64,000 bases of DNA from Tolypothrix carrinoi HA7290-LM1. Its GTDB lineage: Bacteria > Cyanobacteriota > Cyanobacteriia > Cyanobacteriales > Nostocaceae. Location of the stretch: the NCBI GenBank assembly GCA_019358935.1, contig JAHHIK010000022.1, positions 20,082-84,081 on the forward strand. The letters are read 5' to 3'. The notes under the pieces are model-generated. The model saw only the letters and a program-made list of their open reading frames with translations. It did not search any database and was not told where the DNA came from. Shown in pieces: positions 1 to 10,886 of the stretch. The position numbers and the translations under genes were made by a program. Every line of letters starts with the position of its first letter. Position 1 is the stretch's first letter.

Positions 1-2308
1 TGTTAGCAACCGTACCTAAAATGGAAACACGAGAAGATTTTAATTCTTCTAATGCTTGTTTCAAAGTAGGACGAAGTGCTTTACCTAATCCAGTAACTAA
101 CACAATTCCATCTACTTGCGAAAGCAAAACATTGGTATCGAGACGACCTAAAAGATGTGGTGTATCGTACACAACTAAGTCGTAACTTGTTTGCGATCTA
201 TCGATAAAAGTCTGCATTGTTAATGAAGACAAAAGCTTTGTTGGGTTAACAGGTATTCTCCCAGCAGTCAAGATAAACAAATTATCGTCTGAAGGTGATT
301 GCTGAATTACTTTGCTGATATCTATACCGTCAGAAAGTACTTCACTCAATCCTTGATTGTTTAATAAACCGAATCTCAGATGTATTTGCGGATGGCGTAA
401 ATCTCCATCTACTAATAATACTCGCGCTCCGGCTTCTGCCGCCATCTGTGCTAAATATGCCGCCACTGTGGTTTTACCTTCAGAAGATGTTGCGGAAGTG
501 ATAGCAATTGAGCGAATAGAAGCCTCCATTTTATAAGATTGAACTTTCGTATAAAATGAGCAAAATGCTTCTATAAACTGAGCCGATCTGTATTGTACAG
601 ATTTAGCATAATTATCTAGTTCGCGTTCCGGATTATGTTTTTTAGTTAACTGAACTACATCACCTGCACGCGCCAATTTTTTCAGATCTTTATGGAAAGG
701 AATTACCCCCAACAAAGGCAATTGAGTTGTTTGTTTTATCTCGTCACCATCGTGATAGACATTTTCTAAATTATCGAGAACAAAAGCAACTAAAATGCCT
801 AAAAGGATACCTGCAACTCCTCCTAAAAGTATGTTACTTGCACCGCTTGGTGAAACGGGCATTAATTGACCGGTTTTGTTACGCGGTAATGTGGGAGGCA
901 TAATTAGTTCCCAAGGAACTTCTTGTTGTGCAGCATCTACGCGCAATGCTTCTTGGCGATTTAAAAGCTGATTCAGTGTATCAGTAGCTGCTTGCAATTC
1001 TCGTTGCATATTAGCGTACTGACGTGAAAGTACTGGATATTCAAGAATTTGTTGATTTAATTTAACTTGAGCCGCATTTGTAGCTGATAAACTGGCTTCG
1101 AGTGATTTAACTTGGTTAGTATTATTAGCTAGTTGTTGGATAAGTTCGCGGCGAACAGAATTTTGAAAACCGCCTACTTGCGATGAATTTAATTCGACAT
1201 CGGGTGCGTTATTTCCTAATGTTAATTGTGCTTCTTTATTCAATAAAGGTAATAGTTTTTCTCGTTGTTCGCGCAAAAGCCTGATTGTCGGACTTTCATC
1301 TTTAAAACGAACTGATTCTGTAGCAATCTTGGCTTCTATATCGCGGATGCGATTGAGTATCTGTTGATATTGAGGTGATTCACTCAAAGCTGAGGCAGCG
1401 ATCGCTTCATTTTGTGGCATTCCCAACTGACCTTGCAAAGAAAGATACAGTGATTTTGCCTCAGCCAATTTTTTCTCAGTTTCTAACTTCGTCGCTTGCA
1501 GTTCATCACGTCTTTTTAACAGTTGTTCCCCTTGTAATTGCGGGTTAAACAAGTCATGTTGCTGCTGAAAAAATTGTAGTTGACCTTGCAGCGCATTTAC
1601 CCGATACCGCAATTTTGGCAATTGTTCATCAACAAATTTGATTCCCTGACGTAAATTCGTCTGCTGTTGTTCTTGACTATACTTTCGATAAGCTTGCGAT
1701 ATCCGATCCAAGACAATCTGAACTTTTTGCGGATCGGAATCACGATAGCGAACCTCGATGATTCGAGATTCATCTTTACCTTTTGCCATCCGGTTAACAT
1801 ACAGTGTACCTTCTCGCCCGCTAGCTAGCTTACCAGATACATCATTGCCAACCAAGCGATCGTAGCTAATTTCTGGATATTGTTTTTGCAGTTCTTGAAT
1901 TACCGGATTTATCAGCTTCGGACTTTTCAAAACCTCCATTAAAGCCTGATAATCCAACGCAGTAGTATTTTGTCTGCTGATTTCGTTGACATTTTGCTGC
2001 AACGTTTGCGAAAGCAAAATCAGTAACTCATTATCAGAAGTTTTTAACGGTTCAACTAATAGTTGAAACTTCCCTTCATACTTGGGAATACGAGTTGCAC
2101 TCCAGCCAATTGTTCCTGTTGTAACGATAACTGCCACACTAGCAATTACAGCTACCCTGCGGCGTAAAACTGTAACAATTTGACTCAAACCTTGATTGTT
2201 TTCATTGCCTTCAGGTTTTTTCCAAAACCCATAAGATTCTCTTGACGATGAATTGGAATTTTTCAGTTCCTGCAAATCTTCTTCCTTAATTGGCATCTGC
2301 GTTCCCAT
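1..2308 (-). CDS. wzc: Wzc/GumC/ExoP-type polysaccharide co-polymerase/tyrosine autokinase (3' end runs off the window)
   Basis: Manual translation of parts of the minus strand from the ATG at 2308: MGTQMPIKEE..., TM segment RRRVAVIASVAVIV, YEGKFQLLVEP, coiled-coil region, Walker A IAITSATSSEGKTT (~470-510), VDGDLRHP, LVVYDTPHLLG. Not in the ORF track because the ORF is open at the window edge. Confidence 0.9.
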   Translation of the reverse strand, partial: MGTQMPIKEEDLQELKNSNSSSRESYGFWKKPEGNENNQGLSQIVTVLRRRVAVIASVAVIVTTGTIGWSATRIPKYEGKFQLLVEPLKTSDNELLILLSQTLQQNVNEISRQNTTALDYQALMEVLKSPKLINPVIQELQKQYPEISYDRLVGNDVSGKLASGREGTLYVNRMAKGKDESRIIEVRYRDSDPQKVQIVLDRISQAYRKYSQEQQQTNLRQGIKFVDEQLPKLRYRVNALQGQLQFFQQQHDLFNPQLQGEQLLKRRDELQATKLETEKKLAEAKSLYLSLQGQLGMPQNEAIAASALSESPQYQQILNRIRDIEAKIATESVRFKDESPTIRLLREQREKLLPLLNKEAQLTLGNNAPDVELNSSQVGGFQNSVRRELIQQLANNTNQVKSLEASLSATNAAQVKLNQQILEYPVLSRQYANMQRELQAATDTLNQLLNRQEALRVDAAQQEVPWELIMPPTLPRNKTGQLMPVSPSGASNILLGGVAGILLGILVAFVLDNLENVYHDGDEIKQTTQLPLLGVIPFHKDLKKLARAGDVVQLTKKHNPERELDNYAKSVQYRSAQFIEAFCSFYTKVQSYKMEASIRSIAITSATSSEGKTTVAAYLAQMAAEAGARVLLVDGDLRHPQIHLRFGLLNNQGLSEVLSDGIDISKVIQQSPSDDNLFILTAGRIPVNPTKLLSSLTMQTFIDRSQTSYDLVVYDTPHLLGRLDTNVLLSQVDGIVLVTGLGKALRPTLKQALEELKSSRVSILGTVAN

Positions 2309-2981
2309 GCAAAACTGTTGAGGATATCAATTTGATAATTCTCTTTCGGAAAACTTAATTTTTTTTCCAACCGAGGTAGACAGATAATTTGGATAGCTAC
2401 CAATAGCTAATGTTGCGATTGCCAAAACCTAGATTGGATTGTTGAGAAAAAGAGCGAACAGTCAACGTAAAGTTATATTGTAGACTTTATATCTTGGATT
2501 AATTATGTCTCAATAAATCGATTTTGGAGAATGAGAGACATGATACTTACCAAAATTTTTCCAAGTCTAGATATCCTCAACATATCCTGTTAACAGAATA
2601 ATGCACTGCGCTTAGTCAAAATTTCATCAAAAAATATTCTTGATGAAGATTAAGTAAAGTTAATCCTAAAATTCTTTATTCCAAGTTAAATTTGGGGACA
2701 GAGCCGCGTCAAATCTTAACCAGGATAGTATTTTCTCAGTTCTACCGCTCTTCAAATCGCCAATGCTAGTAATTACAGGTTAATGCATTGATTTAGAGCT
2801 GACTAGAAATTTGTACAGATGGTATTCCGGATTAGCTATTGATAACATCTGCGTGCTGACTTGTTAATTAAATAACTTTATCGGCAATTTTGGCTTGGCT
2901 ACTCATGCTATTAAAAGGGACTTTTTTCGTCTCAGTAATTTCCTTTTAATAGCAGTACTAAAGTGGAAAAATCGAGTTGTG

Positions 2982-4280
2982 ATGCTTAGATTTACAAGGC
3001 TAGTTGAAAAGGCATTTGTTGTATTTTCTCTTTTTCTTTCAACAGCTGCCTTGATACCAGTGCTATTAGAAAGTCCAGATGGTAGTATTCCCCAAGACCC
3101 TTATAGTCCCTTACTTTTCATGGGGATTTATATGGTGACTTTGCTTTTGCTTGCGACACTACGGAAGAGTTTTCTACTAATTGCACAAAAGGACTTTTTA
3201 ATTTGGGTACTGGTAGGAATTGCATTAGCATCAGCAATTTGGACTGTAGCACCAGATATTACCCTACGCCGCAGTTTATTGTTGTTAGGAACAACTCTAT
3301 TTGGAATATACTTAGCTATGCGCTACAGCTTGCGAGAGCAACTACAGTTATTAAGTTGGGCGCTAGGTTTGGTAATTTTACTTAGTATTGTGTTTGCCAT
3401 AGGATTGCCATCTTACGGTTTAATGAGCATTCAAGAGGGAGGCGTTCACGCAGGTGCTTGGCGGGGTATAATGTCGCACAAAAACCTCTTGGGACGGTTG
3501 ATGGTTTTGAGCAGTATGGTGTTTTTATTTGTAGCAAATTCTGATTCAATTGCTAACAGTAAATACCGCTGGTTGCCGTGGATTGGCTATGTTCTTTCCA
3601 TTGTTTTAATAGTTCGTTCAACATCCAAAACAGCTTTAGTTGTGTTTGTAGTGTTGATGCTAATTATGCCGCTATATAGAACTTGGCGGCGTAATTTCAA
3701 CCAACTAGTCCCGATAGCGATCGCTCTCATTCTAGTAATCGGAAGTGCAACTATTTTGTTTGTCGAAAACTTACCCTTCATCACCAGTGCATTAGGGAGA
3801 GATTTGACATTAACAGGACGCACCGAGTTATGGAGCGTAATGCTTGAACTCATTCAAGAACGACCTTTATTAGGTTACGGATTCAATGGCTTTTGGAGAG
3901 ATTGGGATAGCGATGTCACTGCCTATCTTTGGCGTACACTTCAATGGGAATGTCCCTACGGTCATAACGGCTTCATGGATTTATTAGCCGAATTAGGTAT
4001 ATCCGGATTAGCTGTATTTTTATTGAGTTTAACAACAGCTTATATCCAAGGAGTACGCTGGTTAAGAATTACCAAAAACGTAGAAGGACTGTGGACATTA
4101 ATGTATCTAAGCTTTTTGGTAATTTATAACATCAGCGAAAGTACCCTTTTAGCTACTAACAGCATCTTTTGGATTCTATATGTGTCCACAATTTTTTCAA
4201 TGGCTATAGAGTCAGAACAAGCTCAAATTTACAGCTATGCGGCAGTAATGGCACAAGAAAAAGAGCCAAACTTTAGATAA
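2982..4280 (+). CDS. O-antigen ligase/Wzy-type (ExoQ-like) polysaccharide polymerase
   Basis: Many TM segments; motifs WRGIMSHKNLLG, TLTGRTELW, RPLLGYG, HNGFMDLLAELG. ATG at 2982 preferred to the TTG at 2895. Confidence 0.88.
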   Translation: MLRFTRLVEKAFVVFSLFLSTAALIPVLLESPDGSIPQDPYSPLLFMGIYMVTLLLLATLRKSFLLIAQKDFLIWVLVGIALASAIWTVAPDITLRRSLLLLGTTLFGIYLAMRYSLREQLQLLSWALGLVILLSIVFAIGLPSYGLMSIQEGGVHAGAWRGIMSHKNLLGRLMVLSSMVFLFVANSDSIANSKYRWLPWIGYVLSIVLIVRSTSKTALVVFVVLMLIMPLYRTWRRNFNQLVPIAIALILVIGSATILFVENLPFITSALGRDLTLTGRTELWSVMLELIQERPLLGYGFNGFWRDWDSDVTAYLWRTLQWECPYGHNGFMDLLAELGISGLAVFLLSLTTAYIQGVRWLRITKNVEGLWTLMYLSFLVIYNISESTLLATNSIFWILYVSTIFSMAIESEQAQIYSYAAVMAQEKEPNFR

Positions 4281-4289
4281 GGAGAAAGA

Positions 4290-5219
4290 ATGCTAATTTC
4301 AGTATGCGTAGCAAGTTATAAACGTCCTGAAGGATTAAACCGCTTGCTAACTGGTTTAAATCAGCTCACTTTTAATAAGTGTGAAACACCAGAAATAGAA
4401 GTAATTATTGTTGATAACGATGTCACTGGTTCAGCGAGTAAAGTTTGCACAAGTCAACTGCTTAAATTCAAATGGAAAATGAAATATTCCATTGAACGAC
4501 AGCGGGGTATTTCCTATGCGAGAAATAAAGCGATCGCCTGCGTTAACAAAAATGCAAACTTCATCGCTTTCATAGATGATGACGAAGTTCCCCACCCATC
4601 TTGGCTAGATGAACTTTTATTCGTTCAGCAAACACATAATGCAGACGTAGTAACCGGACCCGCATTACCGCACTTTATCAAATCAGACGTACCTAACTGG
4701 ATTATCCAAGGAAAATTTTTTGACCCACAACGTTATCCCACAGGACATCAACTTAAAGTTGCATTTACCAACAACGTCCTAATTCGCTCCTCAATTTTGC
4801 ACAACATAGATAAAATTTTCGACGAGCGTTTTGCACTCAGCGGCGGCGAAGATTCCCACTTTTTCATGCGCCTTCACCGCGCAGGATATAAACTAATATG
4901 GGCAGACCAAGCCTTAGTTTACGAGTGGATACCCGAAAGCCGTACCAACATCAAATGGATACTCCAACGCGGTTATTTAGGTTGGAGCAGACACAGCTTT
5001 TGCGAACGCGAACTTTACCCTTCAATAATCCTACTCGCCATCCGCATCACCAAAGGAATCGCATTAATAGCTCAAGGATTATGCTTCATCCTTCCCTCCC
5101 TTTTCTTCGGACAGCATCAATTTATTAAAGCATTATTACGTATTTACAAAGGCGTAGGAACCCTAGCAGGTATCGCCGGAATGCGCTACCAAGCCTACAA
5201 AATAACTCAAGGAATATAA
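4290..5219 (+). CDS. Glycosyltransferase family 2 (ExoM-like)
   Basis: ISVCVASYKRP, IIVDND, GISYARN, FIDDDE, GGEDSHFF; AAGGAG SD upstream. Confidence 0.92.
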   Translation: MLISVCVASYKRPEGLNRLLTGLNQLTFNKCETPEIEVIIVDNDVTGSASKVCTSQLLKFKWKMKYSIERQRGISYARNKAIACVNKNANFIAFIDDDEVPHPSWLDELLFVQQTHNADVVTGPALPHFIKSDVPNWIIQGKFFDPQRYPTGHQLKVAFTNNVLIRSSILHNIDKIFDERFALSGGEDSHFFMRLHRAGYKLIWADQALVYEWIPESRTNIKWILQRGYLGWSRHSFCERELYPSIILLAIRITKGIALIAQGLCFILPSLFFGQHQFIKALLRIYKGVGTLAGIAGMRYQAYKITQGI

Positions 5220-5375
5220 CCGAATCTAACCCTTCAAAATAGATTCTCTCCCCCTCTTCCTCTGCGCCCTCTGCGCCTCTGCGGTTCGTTAAACAGGTGC
5301 ATCCACGTAGTAAGCGTTTCAACGCTTATTTAAGCACTCTTCGTGCTTACTACCTAAAAACTCCAAACTTACCTA

Positions 5376-6518
5376 ATGAAAATATTATACTTAACAACCG
5401 TCCTTCCTAGTAAAAAAACAACAGGCGGTGAAATTGCATCACAATCATTTATTGACGCTCTTCAACATAACGGACATGAAGTCTTAATCCTAGGATATCA
5501 ACGCCCAAGCAGTATTTTCCAACCAAAACACAATGAAATACCCATCGCCCAAAGACACATAGAAACCGACAAATCCCGACTTTATCCTATGCTTTGGATG
5601 AGCTTAGGACTATTAAAAAATCTTCCCTACTCCTCAGCCAAATATTATTCTCAAAAATACATCAATCAACTCAAAATTTTAAAACAAGAAAAATTTGACA
5701 TTTTCATAATAGATCATGCCCAAATCGGCTGGTTAGCACCTTTCATTAACAATAAAGCAAAAATTATATTTATCGCTCATAACATTGAACATGAAATATA
5801 TCTAGCGCAATTAAAAAACTCTCAAAGCCAGATATCACAACATATATATCAGCGAGAAACTGACCTCATCAAAGATATGGAAGATAATTTGGCGAAAACA
5901 GCTACACAAGTTTGGACATTTACAGAATATGATGCTAGCTACTTTCTAGACATCAATAAAACAACGAAAATTTTTCATCTACCTTCTAGCTTTAAAATAT
6001 CACCACATCAACCTACAATCAAAAAGTTTGATATAGGTATTATCGGTTCTTGGACATGGAAAGCTAATAAATTAGGACTTAATTGGTTTTTAGAAAAAGT
6101 TTATCCGCACCTACCCACAAATCTATCAATTCATATTGCTGGATTAGGTGCCGAATGGTTGCGCGGACAGTATCCTAATATCAATTATTGCGGTTTTGTC
6201 CCCAGTGTCCAAACATTTATGGCACAGGCAAAAGTATTAGCAATTCCCTCTATTAGTGGGGGTGGGGTACAGATAAAAACTGTGGATGCGATCGCTTCCG
6301 GTTCTCCTTTAGTAGCAACACCTACTGCATTACGTGGCATATCTGAATATCCCTCTTCAGTTATAGTTGCCGAAAAACCAGAAGAATTCGCTCTTTATTT
6401 GGTTCAATTATTAACTTTAAACACAATACCAGATATTTGTGCCGAGGCGATCGCCTGGTCAGAAAACCGCCACTCACAATTTTTTGCGGATATTACTTAT
6501 GCCCTCAATAATCTTTAA
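5376..6518 (+). CDS. Glycosyltransferase family 4 (GT-B)
   Basis: MKILYLTTVLP start, AHNIEH, GGGVQIKTVDAIASGSPLVAT. Confidence 0.85.
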   Translation: MKILYLTTVLPSKKTTGGEIASQSFIDALQHNGHEVLILGYQRPSSIFQPKHNEIPIAQRHIETDKSRLYPMLWMSLGLLKNLPYSSAKYYSQKYINQLKILKQEKFDIFIIDHAQIGWLAPFINNKAKIIFIAHNIEHEIYLAQLKNSQSQISQHIYQRETDLIKDMEDNLAKTATQVWTFTEYDASYFLDINKTTKIFHLPSSFKISPHQPTIKKFDIGIIGSWTWKANKLGLNWFLEKVYPHLPTNLSIHIAGLGAEWLRGQYPNINYCGFVPSVQTFMAQAKVLAIPSISGGGVQIKTVDAIASGSPLVATPTALRGISEYPSSVIVAEKPEEFALYLVQLLTLNTIPDICAEAIAWSENRHSQFFADITYALNNL

Positions 6519-6536
6519 TACATTACCAATATATCA

Positions 6537-7724
6537 ATGCAACGACTCAAATCAATACTACAGAGAAGCTTCACAGCAAAAATTGCCATTGGCTTCATCT
6601 TAGTTTTACTGTCTACAAATCTCTACCTTTTTTCGCCACAGTTCCCCAGCAGCACAGAAGCCGCAGCTACTAATATTATCTTGCCTTTATCCACTCGCGG
6701 TTCTCAGATTGTTGATGCTAAAGGTAAAATTGTCATGCTGCGCGGCATCAACTGGTTTGGTATAGAAATTAACACACATGCACCTCATGGTCTTTGGAGC
6801 AGAGACTATAAAGACATGCTCGCTCAAATTAAAAGTTTGGGCTACAACTTCATCCGCTTACCTTATTCCGTAGAAGCACTGCGTTCTCAAAACATCAGCG
6901 GTATCAACTTTTCTATCGATGCAAATAAAGATTTGCAAGGCAAAACCCCCCTTCAAGTCATGGATTTAGTAATTCAAGAAGCTCAACGCCAAGGGTTGCT
7001 GATTCTGTTAGACAGTCACTGTCTGAAAGATGACCGAATTTCCGAATTATGGTATGGAGACGGATTCACTGAGAAAGACTGGATTGACACTTGGAAGATG
7101 CTGGCAAATCGTTACAAAAAATACACCAACATCATCGGAGCAGATTTGAAAAACGAACCCCACGGTAGTGCTAGTTGGGGAACTGACAACCAAGCTACAG
7201 ACTGGCGATTAGCTGCACAGCGGGCAGGAAATCAAATTCTCAGCATAAACCCAAATTGGCTAATTCTCGTTGAAGGAATAGAGAAAAATGTGCCCGGTCA
7301 AAAACAGTCAAATTACTTTTGGGGTGCAAATCTCGAAGGTGTCCGCAAATATCCAGTGCGTCTGAAAGTAGCCAAAAAGCTAGTATATTCTCCTCACGAA
7401 TACGGTGGTTCTAATGTGTCCTGGTTTGCAAATCCCATATTCCCCGCAAATCTTTATCAACGCTGGGAAACTGGATTTAATTATATTGCCACTCAGCGTA
7501 TCGCCCCAATTTTAATTGGTGAATTTGGCGGATATTTTGTAGATAACAAATCAAAAGAAGGAATTTGGCAACGCTTTCTTGTCGATTACATTGCTAAGAA
7601 AAAGTTGAGTTTTGCTTATTGGTGTTGGAATCCCAATAGTAAAGGTACTGGCGGCATTCTCCTAGATGACTGGCAAAATATAAACGCTCCCAAACAAAAG
7701 CTTTTAAATAAATTATTGAAATAA
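6537..7724 (+). CDS. Glycoside hydrolase family 5 (endoglucanase/cellulase-like), secreted
   Basis: N-terminal signal/TM segment; RGINWFG, GYNFIRLPYS, DLKNEPH (acid/base Glu), YSPHEYG, IGEFGG (nucleophile Glu), YWCWNPNS. Confidence 0.93.
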   Translation: MQRLKSILQRSFTAKIAIGFILVLLSTNLYLFSPQFPSSTEAAATNIILPLSTRGSQIVDAKGKIVMLRGINWFGIEINTHAPHGLWSRDYKDMLAQIKSLGYNFIRLPYSVEALRSQNISGINFSIDANKDLQGKTPLQVMDLVIQEAQRQGLLILLDSHCLKDDRISELWYGDGFTEKDWIDTWKMLANRYKKYTNIIGADLKNEPHGSASWGTDNQATDWRLAAQRAGNQILSINPNWLILVEGIEKNVPGQKQSNYFWGANLEGVRKYPVRLKVAKKLVYSPHEYGGSNVSWFANPIFPANLYQRWETGFNYIATQRIAPILIGEFGGYFVDNKSKEGIWQRFLVDYIAKKKLSFAYWCWNPNSKGTGGILLDDWQNINAPKQKLLNKLLK

Positions 7725-7795
7725 ACTTCTCCCAAACCCTTGATTTTACACTCTTCCTTTGCGTCTCCGCGCCTTTGCGTGAGGTAAATTTTAAC

Positions 7796-8914
7796 ATGTC
7801 AAAAAATACCAAACCCCGAATTTTAATTGTCTCGATGAGAAACTTGCATTCTCAAGCTTTTCGCTCTGCCGAGTATGAATTTGAAGATGTAATTTGTACT
7901 TTTGATTATGCTGATATGCTGACACCTGAGTTCGCTTCTGGTTTCTCTCCGCAAATAAATAAAAAGTTAGCAAATTACGCGGCATTAACTGTAGGTAACG
8001 GCAAGCTTCTCAAATCAGGTTGTCGGACATCAACTGTAGATAAAGAATATGATTTATTATTTTTTATCTGCCAGCACTTTTGGGATATTACCTGTATAAA
8101 TTCAATAAAACAATGGCGAGAAAAGAGTCATAAAGCTGTTTTATGGATAGATGAAATATGGGCTAAAGAAGTTTTGGAACATAAGACTAAGCTTTGTCTG
8201 GAACTTGTCAAAGATTTTGATTATATTTTCACGACTCAAGCCAAGAGTGTTGATGCGATCGCTAATCTACTTCAGCGTCCTTGTTACTCTCTACCTTATG
8301 CCGTCGATGCTATCAAATTTTGCCCCTATCCGCATCAACCTCAAAGAAATATTGATGTCTATAGCATCGGTCGTCGTTCACCAATAGTACACAAAGCTTT
8401 AATAGAACTAGCAGAAGACAATTTTTTATATTTATATGACACTCTCAAAGGTCTGCAAATGATTAACTATAAAGAACATCGAACTTTATATATTAATCTA
8501 ATTAAAAGAAGCCGTTATTTTATCGCTAATAAAGCCAAATTTGACAGCGTTAATCAAACAGATAATCAAGAAGAATTAGGTTCTCGCTTTTTTGAAGGAG
8601 CAGCAGGAGGAGCAGTAATGATTGGAACACCTCCAATTTGTGAAGCTTATACCACATACTTGAATTGGCAAGATGCAGTAATTGAAATACCCTACAATGC
8701 CGTTAATATAGCTGATATCATAGCAGAACTTGACGCACAGCCCGAACGCATAAAGAGAATACGTCAAGACAATATTATTAACTCATTATTACGCCACGAC
8801 TGGGTATATCGCTGGAGCCAAATCTTAGATAAAGTCGGACTCGAACAAACACCAGAAATGTTATCTAGACAAGCCGATTTAAATAATTTAGCCAAGTTAG
8901 TAATAAAAGCATAA
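7796..8914 (+). CDS. Glycosyltransferase (CgeB/Glyco_trans_1_2-like)
   Basis: C-terminal RFFEGAAGGAVMIG...HDWVYRW pattern; located in the EPS cluster. Confidence 0.78.
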   Translation: MSKNTKPRILIVSMRNLHSQAFRSAEYEFEDVICTFDYADMLTPEFASGFSPQINKKLANYAALTVGNGKLLKSGCRTSTVDKEYDLLFFICQHFWDITCINSIKQWREKSHKAVLWIDEIWAKEVLEHKTKLCLELVKDFDYIFTTQAKSVDAIANLLQRPCYSLPYAVDAIKFCPYPHQPQRNIDVYSIGRRSPIVHKALIELAEDNFLYLYDTLKGLQMINYKEHRTLYINLIKRSRYFIANKAKFDSVNQTDNQEELGSRFFEGAAGGAVMIGTPPICEAYTTYLNWQDAVIEIPYNAVNIADIIAELDAQPERIKRIRQDNIINSLLRHDWVYRWSQILDKVGLEQTPEMLSRQADLNNLAKLVIKA

Positions 8915-8953
8915 ACGAGCAAAAACAACTACTTTATGTGAAAATTGTCTTAT

Positions 8954-8983
8954 AATCCCGGTTTCTTCAAGAAACCGGGATTC
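8954..8983. terminator. Palindrome between convergent genes (AATCCCGGTTTCTTCAAGAAACCGGGATT)
   Basis: Near-perfect inverted repeat followed by a T-rich tract; may be a terminator and/or a dispersed repeat. Confidence 0.55.
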
Positions 8984-9062
8984 TCGTTTTTCATGATTTA
9001 GGACTGCTATAACCTCACCCTTCCAGGGTATAGGTGCTATATATAAAATCTACCTCCACTAA

Positions 9063-9851
9063 TTACAATCTGTCAACAATTTCCCAAATTATGCTATCAT
9101 CCTTACGGTCTTTTTTCCGAAAAAACTTGAATTTTTGTTTCAAAAGTAGTAGAAAGAAAACAACATCATCTACTAAATATCTTTTCCACAATCTTTTAGG
9201 TTCACATAATAATCTAAACAACCATTCTAATCCTACTTCACTCATCCATTTAGGCGCTCTTTTCACATTGTCTGCTTCAAAATCGATAGTTGCCCCTAAT
9301 GCCATAAATATTTTGATAAATGGCAAACTATCTTTGTACTTGTATATCCACTTTTCTTGTTTTGGAGCACCGACTCCTACCACCAGAACTGTAGCACGCG
9401 AATTATTAATCATGTCAATTATGTTTTGACATTCCTCTACGTCATGTTCAAACCCAAAAGGCGGAGAATATGTAGCAATAACCATATTTCTGCCGATTTT
9501 TTGATTTATCTTATTTTGTGCGGTAAAAGCTACTCCTTTACCTGCTCCTAAAAGAAAAATCTTTATTTCTTCATTTTTCTTATGGTAATTGTAGAACGCA
9601 GGAAATAAGTCTGAGCCGGAGATTTTTTCTTTGATTGGTGTTCCGAGAAATATTGAAGCATAAATCAGGATTTTACTGTCACAAAGGTTATAATCACTAA
9701 TGCTGTATGCTTGCAAAAATTCCGGGTCTTTTTCGAGTTTGATGAGATGATCGACATTGGGCGTAAATACTACCCCCGATTGTAAGTTTTCTAAAAACTC
9801 TCTCTTTGACAAATTGTCAAATTCCAAGTTCAGAATTTTAACTTTCTTCAT
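9063..9851 (-). CDS. WecB/TagA/CpsF family glycosyltransferase
   Basis: FTPNVDH, ISGSDLF, YSPPFG, VGVGAPKQEKW, RAPKWMSEVGLEWLFRL...PKRLWKRY. Confidence 0.93.
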   Translation of the reverse strand: MKKVKILNLEFDNLSKREFLENLQSGVVFTPNVDHLIKLEKDPEFLQAYSISDYNLCDSKILIYASIFLGTPIKEKISGSDLFPAFYNYHKKNEEIKIFLLGAGKGVAFTAQNKINQKIGRNMVIATYSPPFGFEHDVEECQNIIDMINNSRATVLVVGVGAPKQEKWIYKYKDSLPFIKIFMALGATIDFEADNVKRAPKWMSEVGLEWLFRLLCEPKRLWKRYLVDDVVFFLLLLKQKFKFFRKKDRKDDSIIWEIVDRL

Positions 9852-10886
9852 GGTAGCGCCCAGTACGTGATAACTAAGTTTCAACTTGTTTACAAAAAAA
9901 ACAATATACAGTGAAGCGTGAGGAGAAGTTTCAAGATTCAATATTGTTCTTTCAATGTTCAGGATTTTCTGGGTCTAGACATTTGTCATCAGATATGAAT
10001 ACAGTAAATTGGCAATACATGAAAGCCATTTAGTAGCAGTTACATCAATTGTGGATAAACATTCCTGACGGGGCGATATCGCGCCAATCATGCTTTCTTT
10101 ACATGGGGAAACAATCATGCAAAGTTGCCTGACCTCGAATCTGCTTTATCTACGCCCTTAATTATCACGAACAAAACTAGAACATTTAACCACACAATCT
10201 GTAATGTGAGAAACTAATTCAAAACCAAGTAAGTTGAGGAGCAATATAATTTTGGTTTTGATTTACCAAATTTTTGCCGGAGATAAAATTTAAGCTGACA
10301 GGAAATTTTATCACGACTTCAATTTGATAATAACTCATAGCTTAACATAAAAGATAAAAAGATAATAGTAGCTTCACCTATTTTTCATGAAAAAAATATG
10401 AAGTTCAGTCGGTATAAAGTCAAGAAAAGCCGGAAATTTCTGGAATTCATCTGTTTTTACTTGCAGAAGTTAGGCGATCGCTCCGGGTAAAAAATTTGTA
10501 AAGCAGAGTCCAGAGACTGGGATAGTCGATTAATGTAAAAACTACTGTAATGCAATTTTTGTTGGGGAGGCTGTGCAAAGCAAAAACAACTGCTGCATCA
10601 GCACTGTTGCACTTTCATGCGGAGGCATCACCATTCTCAACTGCCGTAGAGACTGGAGAGAGCGTGGAACGTCTCTACTCCCCATTTTCATAGGAATAAG
10701 TATAGTTAATTTTTGTCAACCGTTAAATTCAGGATATATTACTTGATTTAATGGTGTCAAATATTAAGTACTTTCCACCCAATTAAGTATGTGTGAATTG
10801 ATTTTTTGGTGTTAAATTTTGAATATTGCCAGAAGTTGACTCAAAACAACTAAACCCTTATCTACTTTGGCAATATTCTTAGAGGA

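Noticed and set aside
1597..1800. 67-aa ORF suggesting a wzc frameshift
   Set aside because: It is an alternative frame; the wzc frame reads through here (GKDESRIIEVRYRD...).
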